From contig OZ244621.1 in assembly GCA_965218425.1 (NCBI GenBank), positions 3,744,001 to 3,808,000 on the forward strand: a DNA stretch of 64,000 nucleotides. The letters run 5' to 3'. The translations under genes and the position numbers were made by a program. The notes under the pieces are model-generated. The model worked only from the letters and a program-made list of their open reading frames with translations. It was not told the origin of the DNA and did no database searches. The DNA comes from an uncultured Candidatus Binatia bacterium (lineage in GTDB: Bacteria; Desulfobacterota; Binatia; UBA9968; CAXXLF01). This document shows, piece after piece, positions 10,366-20,554 of the stretch (its first letter is position 1; each line of letters starts with the position of its first letter).

Positions 10366-11793
10366 TTAATGGCGTTGTGGCCTGATGGATTTCTGAAACA
10401 AGGATGTGATCAGGGCAATGACAGATATGAGAAGCGAAAGAAAAAAAGCCTCGTGGAGAGCTCCAAGAAACGACGCTGTGGCGATCTGTTCCGCGTTGAC
10501 CGTAGGGACATAGCTTTCCATTAGGGAGTTGCGGCGCGCGGTGAAATAGCTCCCCACAATGGCAATTCCCGCGAGGCTGCCCAAGTGTCGCATGGTGCCG
10601 TGGATGCCACCGGCGACCCCCACTCGTTCCGGGGAGACAGAACCCATGGTAGCGCTTAGGTTGGGCGACTGGTAGACCGCCTGTCCCAATCCCAGTACGC
10701 TTAAACGTAGAATTATCCCTGGGATGGAAGAGTTTTGTTCAAGAAAGGTCAAGGAGTAATAACCCAGACAGGCCAATAGCAGCCCGCAGACCGATAACCA
10801 TTTTGTGCCCATTCGATCGGCGAGGAAACCGCTGACAGGTCCCATGACGATCATCATGACGGTTAAAGGGAGCATGATGAGGCCAGTGGCCTGAGCGGAG
10901 ACATTTAAAATCTGTACGAGGTAAAAAGGCGTCAAAAGAAAGATTCCAACGCTGGATACGTGGATCAAAAAGTTGCCGGACTGAGCAATAACAAAGATCC
11001 GATTCCTAAAAAGGGTAAGGTCCAACATGGGGAGCGAGACCAGTGCCTCAGTAATGAGAAAGGCGGGCAGTGAAAAGACAAAGAGGGCACAGAGAATGAG
11101 AACGCTGGGTGAAGTCCAACCGAGTTCCCGTGTCCAATTGATTGCCAATACAAAGGAAGTAACGGTCACCAATAGTAAAAATCCGCCAAGGATATCGATT
11201 TGAACTTTTCTGCGTTCCTGGAGCGGAGGGGAAATCATGTGAGATAACAGGATTCCAAGAATGCCGAAGGGGACGTTGTAAAGGAAGATGGCTCGCCAAC
11301 CGAATAGACCGATTAGGACGCCGGCGAGGGTCGGGCCGATGGACAGGGCAATGCCCACGAGACCGGCCTGAAACCCGAGAATCTTACCTCTTTGGTTCGC
11401 GGGGAAGGCCGCTGTGACGGTTCCCGGACTCGTTGAAACAATCATGGCTCCACCAATGCCTTGAAAGATTCTGAGGGTCACAAGGAGTTCCACCGATTGA
11501 GCAAGGCTGCATAGCAGCGAGAAGAGGGTAAAGATGATGAGTCCTAAGTATTGGACGGTAAAAGGGTTGACGAGATCGCCCAATCGCCCGAAATTAATGA
11601 GCAGGCTGGAAGTGGTTAAAAGGTAGACAAGCAGTACCCACTGGGTAGTGGAGAGGTCGGTCTGAAATGCCTCCGTGATAAAGGGGAGTGCCACATTGAC
11701 TACCGTCAGCGCACTGGTAGCGAGAAAGATCCCCGCGCCAGTCACGGAAAAGATCAACCAACGATGAAGGGCAGAGGTCTGTTTCTCGGTCAT
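10366..11793 (-). CDS. MFS transporter, DHA2 (EmrB/QacA-like)
   Basis: VNVALP, GRLGD, RIFQGIGGAM motifs; about 14 hydrophobic segments. Confidence 0.9.
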   Translation of the reverse strand: MTEKQTSALHRWLIFSVTGAGIFLATSALTVVNVALPFITEAFQTDLSTTQWVLLVYLLTTSSLLINFGRLGDLVNPFTVQYLGLIIFTLFSLLCSLAQSVELLVTLRIFQGIGGAMIVSTSPGTVTAAFPANQRGKILGFQAGLVGIALSIGPTLAGVLIGLFGWRAIFLYNVPFGILGILLSHMISPPLQERRKVQIDILGGFLLLVTVTSFVLAINWTRELGWTSPSVLILCALFVFSLPAFLITEALVSLPMLDLTLFRNRIFVIAQSGNFLIHVSSVGIFLLTPFYLVQILNVSAQATGLIMLPLTVMMIVMGPVSGFLADRMGTKWLSVCGLLLACLGYYSLTFLEQNSSIPGIILRLSVLGLGQAVYQSPNLSATMGSVSPERVGVAGGIHGTMRHLGSLAGIAIVGSYFTARRNSLMESYVPTVNAEQIATASFLGALHEAFFLSLLISVIALITSLFQKSIRPQRH

Positions 11794-11998
11794 TCCATCC
11801 CGTGTCCCAGGCTAATTAGAGCACAAAAAGTTAAGACGCTTTAGTTTGGCTTGTTATGCCCCAATTTAGGCCCCATTGTCCGTTTGTGTCCTTATGTAAT
11901 GCAGAATAGCAAATCAAAAGGGCCATGGATCTGGATGTTGAAAAGAGAGTGTTAATGTGTCCATGGGGGAGACGACTTTACCACCTTCCCCCGGATGC

Positions 11999-12042
11999 TT
12001 GACAGAGTCAATCATTGCCTGTATTAGTCTCCATTACGTTAA
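11999..12042 (+). promoter_or_regulatory. Sigma70-like promoter with downstream TACGTTAA box
   Basis: TTGACA at 11999, ATTAGT at 12023, TACGTTAA at 12035; same layout upstream of the paralogue at 59038. Confidence 0.45.
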
Positions 12043-12085
12043 ATTCATAAGTAATAATCAATATTTCAGAGAGAGGGAACAGATC

Positions 12086-13072
12086 ATGAGTTTAGGGAAA
12101 ATAAAATTGCTTTGCAGCGCCATCTCTCATATGCCGCTGCACTTTGTCTTTCGGGATTGCGGGGTGACCGAAAAGCACGGTTTCGAGCTGGAAGTCGATA
12201 TCTCACGGTATCCCCAAGGCGGCCGGCCGATTCGGAGCATGGCTGATCGTGCTCCTACCCTCCTAAATGGTGAGTACGACTTCTTGAGCGGGCTCCACCA
12301 CGAAACCTATGTGTACCGAGCCAAGGGCGATAAGCGATTCGTTTATCTGGCACAGACCCAGAACGACTGGGACGACCGTTTGATTGCCCGTCCGGATATT
12401 ACCGACGTGAAACAACTGGAGGGCAAAAGAATTTCCACAAACAACGCTCCTTGTGTGAGCGGTAACCTGGATCATGCCCTGGGGTTGGCCGATGTGGACA
12501 CCTCCAAAGTCGAGTTTCTTTTCAATGACAAGCTTTCCGGCAAAGGGCACCTGGCGGTGGAGCGGGTGGCCAATGGGGAGATTGATGCCGCCAACGTGGA
12601 CATACCCTTTGATCTTCAGGCCAAAAAGCGAGGCCTAAACGTGCTCACGCTCCCGTCGGTTCCCGTAATTCACAACACCACCATCTGTGCCAGCACAGAA
12701 TTCACGCGAAAGTATGAAGAAAAAGTCATTGCCTTTTTGAAGGGTATCATCGAGGCGACGCACTTCTTTAAAACGGAGAAGCAAAAGGTGTGTGAGATCT
12801 TGAGCCGCGAGCTGGCTCCCATGGTGGAGCTGCAAGGGGACGATGAAGTGGAGTATCTCCAGGAACAGTGGAGTGAGTTGCTCAGCGCGAAACCCTATCC
12901 GCACCCCATGGCCATTTGGAACGTCTACAATCTCGATGTGGCCCATGATCCCAAGGTCAACTTCATCAGTCCATTAGAGACCTGGGACACTCACTATCTG
13001 AGAAAGATCGATGATAGCGGTTTCATCGACGAGCTTTACGGCAATGGAGCCAAGCAGCGCCTTTCGGCTTAA
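12086..13072 (+). CDS. NMT1/SsuA/THI5-like binding-fold protein without a signal peptide
   Basis: PDITDVKQLEGKRI, AFLKGIIEATHFFK, DDSGFIDELY; GAGGG RBS before ATG 12086; no hydrophobic N-terminus. Confidence 0.75.
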   Translation: MSLGKIKLLCSAISHMPLHFVFRDCGVTEKHGFELEVDISRYPQGGRPIRSMADRAPTLLNGEYDFLSGLHHETYVYRAKGDKRFVYLAQTQNDWDDRLIARPDITDVKQLEGKRISTNNAPCVSGNLDHALGLADVDTSKVEFLFNDKLSGKGHLAVERVANGEIDAANVDIPFDLQAKKRGLNVLTLPSVPVIHNTTICASTEFTRKYEEKVIAFLKGIIEATHFFKTEKQKVCEILSRELAPMVELQGDDEVEYLQEQWSELLSAKPYPHPMAIWNVYNLDVAHDPKVNFISPLETWDTHYLRKIDDSGFIDELYGNGAKQRLSA

Positions 13073-13216
13073 TTTGCGCTGGGATTCCACTGACAGACGC
13101 GCGACGGTTGAGAGGCGGATGTTGAGGAGTAGCCAAGAGCAGGGTAAATAGTTCGCCGTTGATCCTTGAGATTGGAAAGAGACAAGCCAATTCATATGAT
13201 TAAGGGAGAGAGTTCT

Positions 13217-14770
13217 GTGAAAAAGTGTTTGTTGTTATTTATTGCCTTTGGCATGGCGCTAAGCCTGGGCTTTCCAGCGGGAGACGTCTTTGGCGAACCC
13301 AAGCGGGGCGGCACCTTGACCATGGCCATCAGGAAAGACGTGAGCACCATGAACCCGCTGGTGAGAACCTTTTCCACTGATCAGTCCATCCGTGATTTGA
13401 TTTACGAGGCGTTACTGGTTTTAGATGAGAGGGGAGCCATCCAGCCACAACTAGCCGAGTCCTATGAGGTGTCCAAGGACGGTAAAGTCTATACCTTCCG
13501 GCTACGGCGAGGGGTGAAGTTTCATAATGGTCAAGAAATGACCGCAGGTGATGCAAAGTACGCCATTGATTATACCCTGAATCCGAAAAACGGTGCCTAC
13601 GGTCGTTCCAGACTTGCGCTGGTGGAAGGGGCAAAGGTTGTCGACAAGCATACGTTAAAGATCCACCTAAAGAGTCGCAGTGCCGCGTTTCTTTCGGCTT
13701 TGACCGATATCAAAGCCTTTTCCGTGATACCGAGAGATTCCATCACTTCCATCAAACCTAAGAATTTTCCCGCCGGGACGGGTCCATTTAGATTTGTGGA
13801 ATGGCAGTCAAGGCAGCGGGTGGTTTTCGAATTGAACAAGGACTATTGGGGGAGAAAACCCTATCTGGACAAAGTCATTTTGCGGCCCATCCGAAATTCC
13901 ACGGTGCGATTCACCGCCCTACGTGCGGGGGACGTTGATATCATTGAGCGCACTCCATACGAGTGGGTCCAGCAGGTTCTTCGTGGCAAGTTTAAGGGGT
14001 TGGCAACAGCCAAAGCGGCTACTTCCGGATACCGGGCGCTGTTCTTCAACGTTCTTGGTTCTCCTTTCGACAGTAAAACACTGCGTTTGGCCGTTGCCCA
14101 TGGGATGGACAAGAAGACGATCCTGCAGGCGGCCTTCTTTGGCTTTGGAGAAACTGCGGACCAGAAGTATCCTAAAGGGCACTTCTGGTATATTAAAGGC
14201 TTGAAATCACCGACCTACGATCCTGCCAAGGGCAAGAAGCTACTGAAAGAGGCGGGATACAAAGGTGAAAAGATTGTCATGAAGATCGAGAAGGGTGAAA
14301 CCGTGGAGGCCATGGCAGCCGCGTTCCAGGCCCAGATGAAGAGAATCGGGATGGACGTTGAACTGGCGGTGTTCGAGTACGGTGCCCGCCGGGCTCAGAT
14401 ACGCGGCGGAGACACCACCGTGGACATGGTTGGCGGCGGGTATTACGCGGACCCTATTTCCACTTACCGGAGCCAGTACATGTGTGGTCAAGACCCGAAA
14501 AAGCGCGCATCCAACTGGAGCGGTTATTGCGACAAGCAGGTGGCAAAATGGTTCGACCAGTTGGACGTGGAACTTGACCAAGCAAAACGCCAGAAAATTC
14601 TCGCAAAGATCGTATCCAGGATAAACGATGACGTTCCCGTTATATCCATTGGTTTCGTCCCGAGGTTTTTTACTTTTCGCGACTATGTAAAAGGCTTCAC
14701 AACGGACAGCAGCGGAGGACGATTCGTGTGGGGTGGGGGTGGATTGACCCGGACCTGGCTGGATAAATAG
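13217..14770 (+). CDS. ABC transporter substrate-binding protein, family 5 (DppA/OppA/NikA-like)
   Basis: Signal peptide; PKRGGTL, YTFRLRRGVKFHNG, GTGPF; no cognate permeases nearby. Confidence 0.92.
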   Translation: MKKCLLLFIAFGMALSLGFPAGDVFGEPKRGGTLTMAIRKDVSTMNPLVRTFSTDQSIRDLIYEALLVLDERGAIQPQLAESYEVSKDGKVYTFRLRRGVKFHNGQEMTAGDAKYAIDYTLNPKNGAYGRSRLALVEGAKVVDKHTLKIHLKSRSAAFLSALTDIKAFSVIPRDSITSIKPKNFPAGTGPFRFVEWQSRQRVVFELNKDYWGRKPYLDKVILRPIRNSTVRFTALRAGDVDIIERTPYEWVQQVLRGKFKGLATAKAATSGYRALFFNVLGSPFDSKTLRLAVAHGMDKKTILQAAFFGFGETADQKYPKGHFWYIKGLKSPTYDPAKGKKLLKEAGYKGEKIVMKIEKGETVEAMAAAFQAQMKRIGMDVELAVFEYGARRAQIRGGDTTVDMVGGGYYADPISTYRSQYMCGQDPKKRASNWSGYCDKQVAKWFDQLDVELDQAKRQKILAKIVSRINDDVPVISIGFVPRFFTFRDYVKGFTTDSSGGRFVWGGGGLTRTWLDK

Positions 14771-14971
14771 TCAGCTTTGGTGCCGAACGCGTCAACCGTG
14801 GGATGGTCTGTGGCTGGGGTGTTTCAAGCTTTTGTAGTTGGATTCGGTTTCAATTGTTCTCAAACCAATGGCAGGATCTTTGGGGGCAGCTCCCTCAGAG
14901 TCCTGCCATTACGGTATTTAGTAGGTTAATTATTTTAGTTTGTGGTGGATTTCTCATTCAAAGGAGGTGCC

Positions 14972-16045
14972 ATGCTAAAAATTCGTAGCTCTTATTTCCT
15001 CGGTGCGTTCTTGGGCCTGGCCCTTTCTGCTGGCGGCATCGGCTCCCACGCCGTGGCGGCTTCATATTATGAAGACAAGACACTAATGGTAATTGAAGGC
15101 CGGAGACCCGGAGGAACCGGGAGCCTTCGCACCCAGGCCACAATGAAATATGTACAGAAACACCTGCCCGGCAACCCGGCCATCGTGTATAAATACATGC
15201 CCGGTGGTGGCGGGACGGCTGCTGCCAATCACCTTGCGAATCGAGACAAGCGCGACGGGCTTACCATTGGAAATATCGGCACGGGCCTATTCTCCAACGT
15301 CATGTTTGGCGCACGAGGAGTTCGCCACAAATTGGAGGACTTCGATTTCCTGGGTGCCGGTACATCGGGAGGGCCGTACATGCTCGTGGTACGTCCCGGA
15401 TTGGACCTGGACTCAGTGGAAAAACTTAAAGCGTACAAGGGGCTTCGCTTCGGTCAAAGATCCGTTGGACATTCCATGTACACCCTGGACCGCCTCATGG
15501 CCTTTATTCTCGAACTCAACGAGCCGAAATGGATTTTAGGATACAGCAGTCAGGAGATCATCATGGCGGTTGGGAGGGGAGAGGCCGATGCCCAGAGCAC
15601 CAATTTATTTTCCTTCTTGCGGCGGAACAGACTCCAGACATTGAAGGAAGGGTACACGATTCCGGTCTATTTCAGAAACACCAAGGGAAGAGGCGGTGAA
15701 TTCGTCCCGCAGTTTCCCCAACGACCCCATGTGGACGACTATGTCGATACAAAACTGAAGCGAGACGTGTTGAAGTTTCATAATTCGAGCCGGCCCGGGG
15801 GATCCAACTTCTTAGTTCCCAAAGGGATACCCAAAGAAGCGCTCATGGCCTTGCGGCAGGCCTTTGCAGAGACATGGAAGGACCCCGCATTTGCCAAGGA
15901 ATACAAGCAATTGACCGGCGAGCCGGCCGACCCGGTGACGGGGGAGGATATCCACCGTGCCCTGAAGCAAATCCCCAAGAACCCAGAGGTAAAGAAAACC
16001 TATAAGCGGATAGTCGGCGCGGGACCATTGCCTCCCGCAAGATAG
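14972..16045 (+). CDS. Tripartite tricarboxylate transporter substrate-binding protein (TctC/Bug-like) 1
   Basis: Signal peptide; YYEDKT..EGRRPGG, MPGGGGTAAANHL, RDGLTIG; adjacent to TctA. Confidence 0.85.
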   Translation: MLKIRSSYFLGAFLGLALSAGGIGSHAVAASYYEDKTLMVIEGRRPGGTGSLRTQATMKYVQKHLPGNPAIVYKYMPGGGGTAAANHLANRDKRDGLTIGNIGTGLFSNVMFGARGVRHKLEDFDFLGAGTSGGPYMLVVRPGLDLDSVEKLKAYKGLRFGQRSVGHSMYTLDRLMAFILELNEPKWILGYSSQEIIMAVGRGEADAQSTNLFSFLRRNRLQTLKEGYTIPVYFRNTKGRGGEFVPQFPQRPHVDDYVDTKLKRDVLKFHNSSRPGGSNFLVPKGIPKEALMALRQAFAETWKDPAFAKEYKQLTGEPADPVTGEDIHRALKQIPKNPEVKKTYKRIVGAGPLPPAR

Positions 16046-16085
16046 GTCATTGCCGAAAAATTTCTTCACAGAGATCTAACACGCT

Positions 16086-18083
16086 ATGTTTGAAGCTGCG
16101 GTTCAGGGATTTCTTAATCTCCTCAGCATAAACGTCGTTTGGGCCACTTTGGCCGGGGTTGCGGTCGGCACCGTCACGGCGGTGACTCCCCAGGGACTCG
16201 GGACGCCGTTGATGTATGCACTCTTTCTTCCCGTTGTAGTCAAATGGGATCCCTTCGTCGCCATCGCATTCCTCATAGGGATGGATGCGGTGAGCAGCAT
16301 TTGCAGCGCGTATCTGCCTATTCTCTTTGGTATACCTGGGGGCGCCGGTTCCCAATCCACAGTAATGGACGGGTACCCCATGGGCCGCAACGGCGAGGCA
16401 CGCAGGGCCCTCGGCGCATCGTTTATGGCCGGCATGATGGGAAGCCTGATCGGCACCGCCACATTGGCGGTTGCCATTCCCGTAGCCAAGCCCATCATTT
16501 ATATGTTGGGCTCTCCGGAACTCTTCGTGGTGGTTCTTTGGGGCCTGACCATGGTTTCTCTGCTGGCCGGCACCCGGCCCATGAGAGGTCTCATCGCTGC
16601 AACCGTCGGTTTGTTAATCGCCGTGGTGGGCATGCAACCACAAAGCGGCGTCTTTCGCTTCGTCTTTTTTGATGAGCCTTATCTCCTAGACGGGCTCCCA
16701 TTGAGCATTGTTGCTCTTGCCATGTTCGGTATCCCTGCGGCGTTGGATCTCGCACTGACCAAGGTGGGTGTCGAACAGCAGGCCGTTCCTTTGAAAGGGC
16801 GTCTGCTGGATGGGGTCAAGGACGCGCTGCGGGAGTGGTGGCTGGTGGTCCGTTGCAGCTTTATGGGTGTCTGGGTTGGAATTATTCCTGGGCTCGGGGC
16901 TCAGGTGGTGGATTGGCTCAGCTATGGTCACGCCGCTCAGACCTGCAAGGGGGCGAAGGACACCTTTGGGAAAGGGGATGTGCGAGGGGTCATCGCTCCG
17001 GAGTCGGCCAACGACTCTAAGGACGGGGGAACTCTGATTCCTACCCTGATCCTAGGGGTACCGGGGAGCCTGACCTCGGCGCTTTTTGTCTTCGCTCTGC
17101 TTGCCATGGGGTATGTCCCGGGACCTCAAATGGTGAAAGAGCATTCAGACGTGATCTACAGCATCGTGTGGATCCTCGGTATCGGAGGTGTTCTCGGAAC
17201 CTCCATCGGTTTCATGTTTGCCAATCATCTAGCCAAGCTGGCAGAGCTGCGTTACTCGCTGATCGTGCCTATGATTCTCGGCTTCGTTCTCATGGGCGCG
17301 TTGAGCGCCACCCGGCATCCCCTGGACATGTTGGCGGTGGTGTCCTTCGGACTGTTGGGCTACTTCATGAAGCGCCTTGGGTACCCGCGCCCCCCGCTGA
17401 TCCTCGGTATGATCCTTGGAGCCCTCTTGGAAAAATACCTCTATATTTCAACGGCCAGTTATGGATTCGCTTGGCTCAAGCGACCCGGTGTCATATTCTT
17501 AATGGTTTTGGTGTTTAGCACCCTGTTCTACACTTTATGGAGCCGCAGGGAGGTGAAGGCTCGCCCGAAAGATGATCCATCAGCCTATTCTAAGTGGACT
17601 CTGCGCTTCAAGCCGGAATCGGCTTTGACTCTCTTTTTTATCACCGTGTTCGTGGCGGCTATCATCCGAAGCTTGGATTGGCCTCTAATTGCCAAGCTCA
17701 TGCCCATCTACGTGGCGGCCGTTCCCGGACTATTTCTTGCCTTGACTCAGCTCGGCCAGGATGTGATCGTGCGAGAGCACGGTGCCACGGTGGCTAGAGG
17801 TGGCATTGAGATGGACGAGGTCTTTAATGAAAGTATAGACAGGGGGGTGGAGGTGAGACGCACCTTGGCTTTCTTCGGCTGGTTTGCCGGCGGCGCGGCA
17901 GGAGTTTGGCTCCTGGGCATTGTCATTGCGCTTCCACTGTTTATTCTTCTCTACATGTTAATCGAGGGGAAGGATAAATGGTGGATTTCCATCCTATATG
18001 GAGCCGGGGCGTTCTTCACGGTCTGGGGTTTGTTCGAGGGCGTTTTCAAGATCATTTGGCCGGAAGGATTGCTATTTAGTTGA
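16086..18083 (+). CDS. Tripartite tricarboxylate transporter permease TctA with C-terminal TctB-like fusion
   Basis: FGIPG, DGYPM, GIIPGLG, GVIAPESAN, PTLILGVPGS; about 170 extra C-terminal residues with TctB-like helices. Confidence 0.9.
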   Translation: MFEAAVQGFLNLLSINVVWATLAGVAVGTVTAVTPQGLGTPLMYALFLPVVVKWDPFVAIAFLIGMDAVSSICSAYLPILFGIPGGAGSQSTVMDGYPMGRNGEARRALGASFMAGMMGSLIGTATLAVAIPVAKPIIYMLGSPELFVVVLWGLTMVSLLAGTRPMRGLIAATVGLLIAVVGMQPQSGVFRFVFFDEPYLLDGLPLSIVALAMFGIPAALDLALTKVGVEQQAVPLKGRLLDGVKDALREWWLVVRCSFMGVWVGIIPGLGAQVVDWLSYGHAAQTCKGAKDTFGKGDVRGVIAPESANDSKDGGTLIPTLILGVPGSLTSALFVFALLAMGYVPGPQMVKEHSDVIYSIVWILGIGGVLGTSIGFMFANHLAKLAELRYSLIVPMILGFVLMGALSATRHPLDMLAVVSFGLLGYFMKRLGYPRPPLILGMILGALLEKYLYISTASYGFAWLKRPGVIFLMVLVFSTLFYTLWSRREVKARPKDDPSAYSKWTLRFKPESALTLFFITVFVAAIIRSLDWPLIAKLMPIYVAAVPGLFLALTQLGQDVIVREHGATVARGGIEMDEVFNESIDRGVEVRRTLAFFGWFAGGAAGVWLLGIVIALPLFILLYMLIEGKDKWWISILYGAGAFFTVWGLFEGVFKIIWPEGLLFS

Positions 18084-18163
18084 ACGGTTAGATAGATTTT
18101 ACCTCCAGCCCTGCAAAGCCAATGGCTTTGGCTCAACGGCGAGTCCTGACCAAAAAGGTTCAT

Positions 18164-19234
18164 ATGTTAATCAATGCGCGGTCAATTTTTATTGGAGGTT
18201 TAGGGTGTCTGCTCTTGCAATTTGCGGCCGATGTCACCACAGCGAGTGGGGCGCCATTCTATGAAGGCAAGACCCTGGTCATGGTCCAGGGGGATGCGCC
18301 GGGTGGAACCGGGGATTTACGAACCCGGGCAGTGACCCATTATTTGCAAAAACACCTTGCCGGTAATCCCACCATCGTTCAACAATACATCCCCGGGAGT
18401 GGCGGTGTCCTGGCGGCCAATCACCTGGCCAATGTAGTCAAGCGGGACGGGCTCACTCTCGGTTACGTTCATTCCAGCGTGTACTCTCACGCCATCCTTG
18501 GGGCACCCGGTGTACGATACGATTTGAAAGACTTTATGCTGTTTGGTGGACCCACCCCAGGGGGACCTTATACACTGGTCCTTCGCCCAGCCCTAGGCAT
18601 TGATACGGTGGAAAAAATGAAGGCTTACAAAGGACTCCGCTTTGCCAACCGGTCCGTGGGGCACAGCATGTACAACATTGATCGAGTCATGGCCTTTGTC
18701 CTCGAACTGGACAACCCCAAGTGGATACTGGGCTACAGTAGCCCCGAGATCGACCCGGCTCTCGAGCGAAAGGAAGCGGATGCGCGAAGCAACAGTATTC
18801 CCTCATTCATGCGAAGGACACGTCATCTGCTGAAAGAAGGCTTTACCGTTCCAATCGTCATGAAAAACATCAAGGGAAGGGGGGCCGAAGTAGTGCCTGG
18901 ATTTCCTCAGAAGTTGCCGGTCCTTGAGCAGTTCGCCAACACCCATCTCAAGCGGGAAATCCTGCTCTTCCATCGAAATGTCCGACCTCCTGGGGGTGTC
19001 GTGGCGCTCAAGGGGATTCCCAAGGCGGCCGAAGAAGAATTGCGGCGGGCCTTCGAAAAATTGTGGAAAGATCCTGGATTTGCCAGGCATTATAAGAAGC
19101 TAACCGGGGCAGATGCCGACCCGGCCACCGGAGCGGAAATACAGAGTGCTCTTCAGAATATCCCGAAAGATCCCGAAATTGTGAGAGTTTACAAGCAATT
19201 GATCGGTGGAGGCCCGCTCCCTTCACCCAAATAA
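18164..19234 (+). CDS. TctC/Bug-like substrate-binding protein 2
   Basis: FYEGKT, PGGTGDLR, PGSGGVLAANHL, RFANRSVGHSMY; paralogue of 14972. Confidence 0.85.
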   Translation: MLINARSIFIGGLGCLLLQFAADVTTASGAPFYEGKTLVMVQGDAPGGTGDLRTRAVTHYLQKHLAGNPTIVQQYIPGSGGVLAANHLANVVKRDGLTLGYVHSSVYSHAILGAPGVRYDLKDFMLFGGPTPGGPYTLVLRPALGIDTVEKMKAYKGLRFANRSVGHSMYNIDRVMAFVLELDNPKWILGYSSPEIDPALERKEADARSNSIPSFMRRTRHLLKEGFTVPIVMKNIKGRGAEVVPGFPQKLPVLEQFANTHLKREILLFHRNVRPPGGVVALKGIPKAAEEELRRAFEKLWKDPGFARHYKKLTGADADPATGAEIQSALQNIPKDPEIVRVYKQLIGGGPLPSPK

Positions 19235-19351
19235 CGGATTGCTAGGACATCCAATTCAAAGCCCTGGGTTTGACATTCATGACCTTGCCGGTTATTTACT
19301 CTCGAACCAGACGGATTAGAAATCTAAAACCGCTAAGAGAAAGGAACCACA

Positions 19352-20425
19352 ATGCAGCGCCTGTTTGCCACAATTGTTTCTCTGGCCATTGGTCTCTGTT
19401 ACTTGCTGTTACCGGTAGTTGTGCCGGGTGAGGGGAGTGGTGCTGAGGCGGCCTACTATGATGGAAAGACAATAAAGATTCTCTGTGGATGGCGTCCAGG
19501 TGGTACGGCCAATTTACGCGCCAAGATAACGGTTAAACATCTCAGGAAGTATTTGGGGGGAGATCCCGTATTTGTGTTTCAATTCATGCCGGGAGCTGGG
19601 GGCATTGGTGCGACTAATCACTTGGCTAAATCCGTCAGACGTGATGGCTTTACTATTGCCAGCGCCACCAGTGGAATTTTCTCCAGCGCCTTTCTTGGAG
19701 TCCCCTCGGTTCGGTACAACCTCGATGATTTTGTCATTCTGGGCGCAGGCTCCCCAGGCGGAGTGACAACCCTGTCCATTCGTCCGGAGTTAAAGATCGA
19801 CTCCATAGAAAAGCTTAAGGCCTATGAAGGATTGAGGTTTGCCAATCGCGCCGTTGGGCACAGCCTATATAACCGGGATCGAATTACCGCCTATATGTTG
19901 GGTCTCAAGAATCCCAAATGGATTCTCGGCTATAATACGTCTGAAATTCGGCTGGCCCTGGAGCGGGGTGAAGCGGACGCTTCCTTTGGCGGTATTGCAG
20001 GCCTTTTGAGACGTTCGCCCCACTGGATTAAAGAAGGGTTTACTTTTCCTGTGGTCATGAGAGATGTGAAAGGGCAGGGAGTTGAGGTCTTTCCGAAATT
20101 CCCCCAAGGTGTCCCGAGCCTCGACCAGTTTGCTGATACAAAGCTAAAAAAAGCGGTTCTTCAACTGCACTACGCCAGCACCCCCGGTGGAACGTTCTTC
20201 TTCGTGCACAAAGGGATTCCCGGCAAGGCGTTAAATATCCTCAAGAGCGCCTTCGACAAAGTATGGAAAGACCCGGGGTTTGCAGAGGAATACGAGAAGG
20301 TGACCCGACAGAAGGCCGAACCCATGACGGGTCAAGACTATATGGATCTGCTTCGTGGTCGGCCGAAGGATCCTGAGGTGACGAGGCTTTATAAACAGAT
20401 TGCCGGCCCGGGGCCACTGCCTTAA
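19352..20425 (+). CDS. TctC/Bug-like substrate-binding protein 3
   Basis: YYDGKTI, MPGAGG, RRDGFTI, PKWILGY; paralogue. Confidence 0.85.
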   Translation: MQRLFATIVSLAIGLCYLLLPVVVPGEGSGAEAAYYDGKTIKILCGWRPGGTANLRAKITVKHLRKYLGGDPVFVFQFMPGAGGIGATNHLAKSVRRDGFTIASATSGIFSSAFLGVPSVRYNLDDFVILGAGSPGGVTTLSIRPELKIDSIEKLKAYEGLRFANRAVGHSLYNRDRITAYMLGLKNPKWILGYNTSEIRLALERGEADASFGGIAGLLRRSPHWIKEGFTFPVVMRDVKGQGVEVFPKFPQGVPSLDQFADTKLKKAVLQLHYASTPGGTFFFVHKGIPGKALNILKSAFDKVWKDPGFAEEYEKVTRQKAEPMTGQDYMDLLRGRPKDPEVTRLYKQIAGPGPLP

Positions 20426-20554
20426 AGTATGCGATCATTACCTTCGTAGCAGTCCATGGCGAGAACAGAGCACATTGAGCGACATCAAAAATATTTCAAG
20501 GGTGAATAGATTAGAAGTTAGCAATTTTAAAATTCTACAATGGAGGAAACGATT

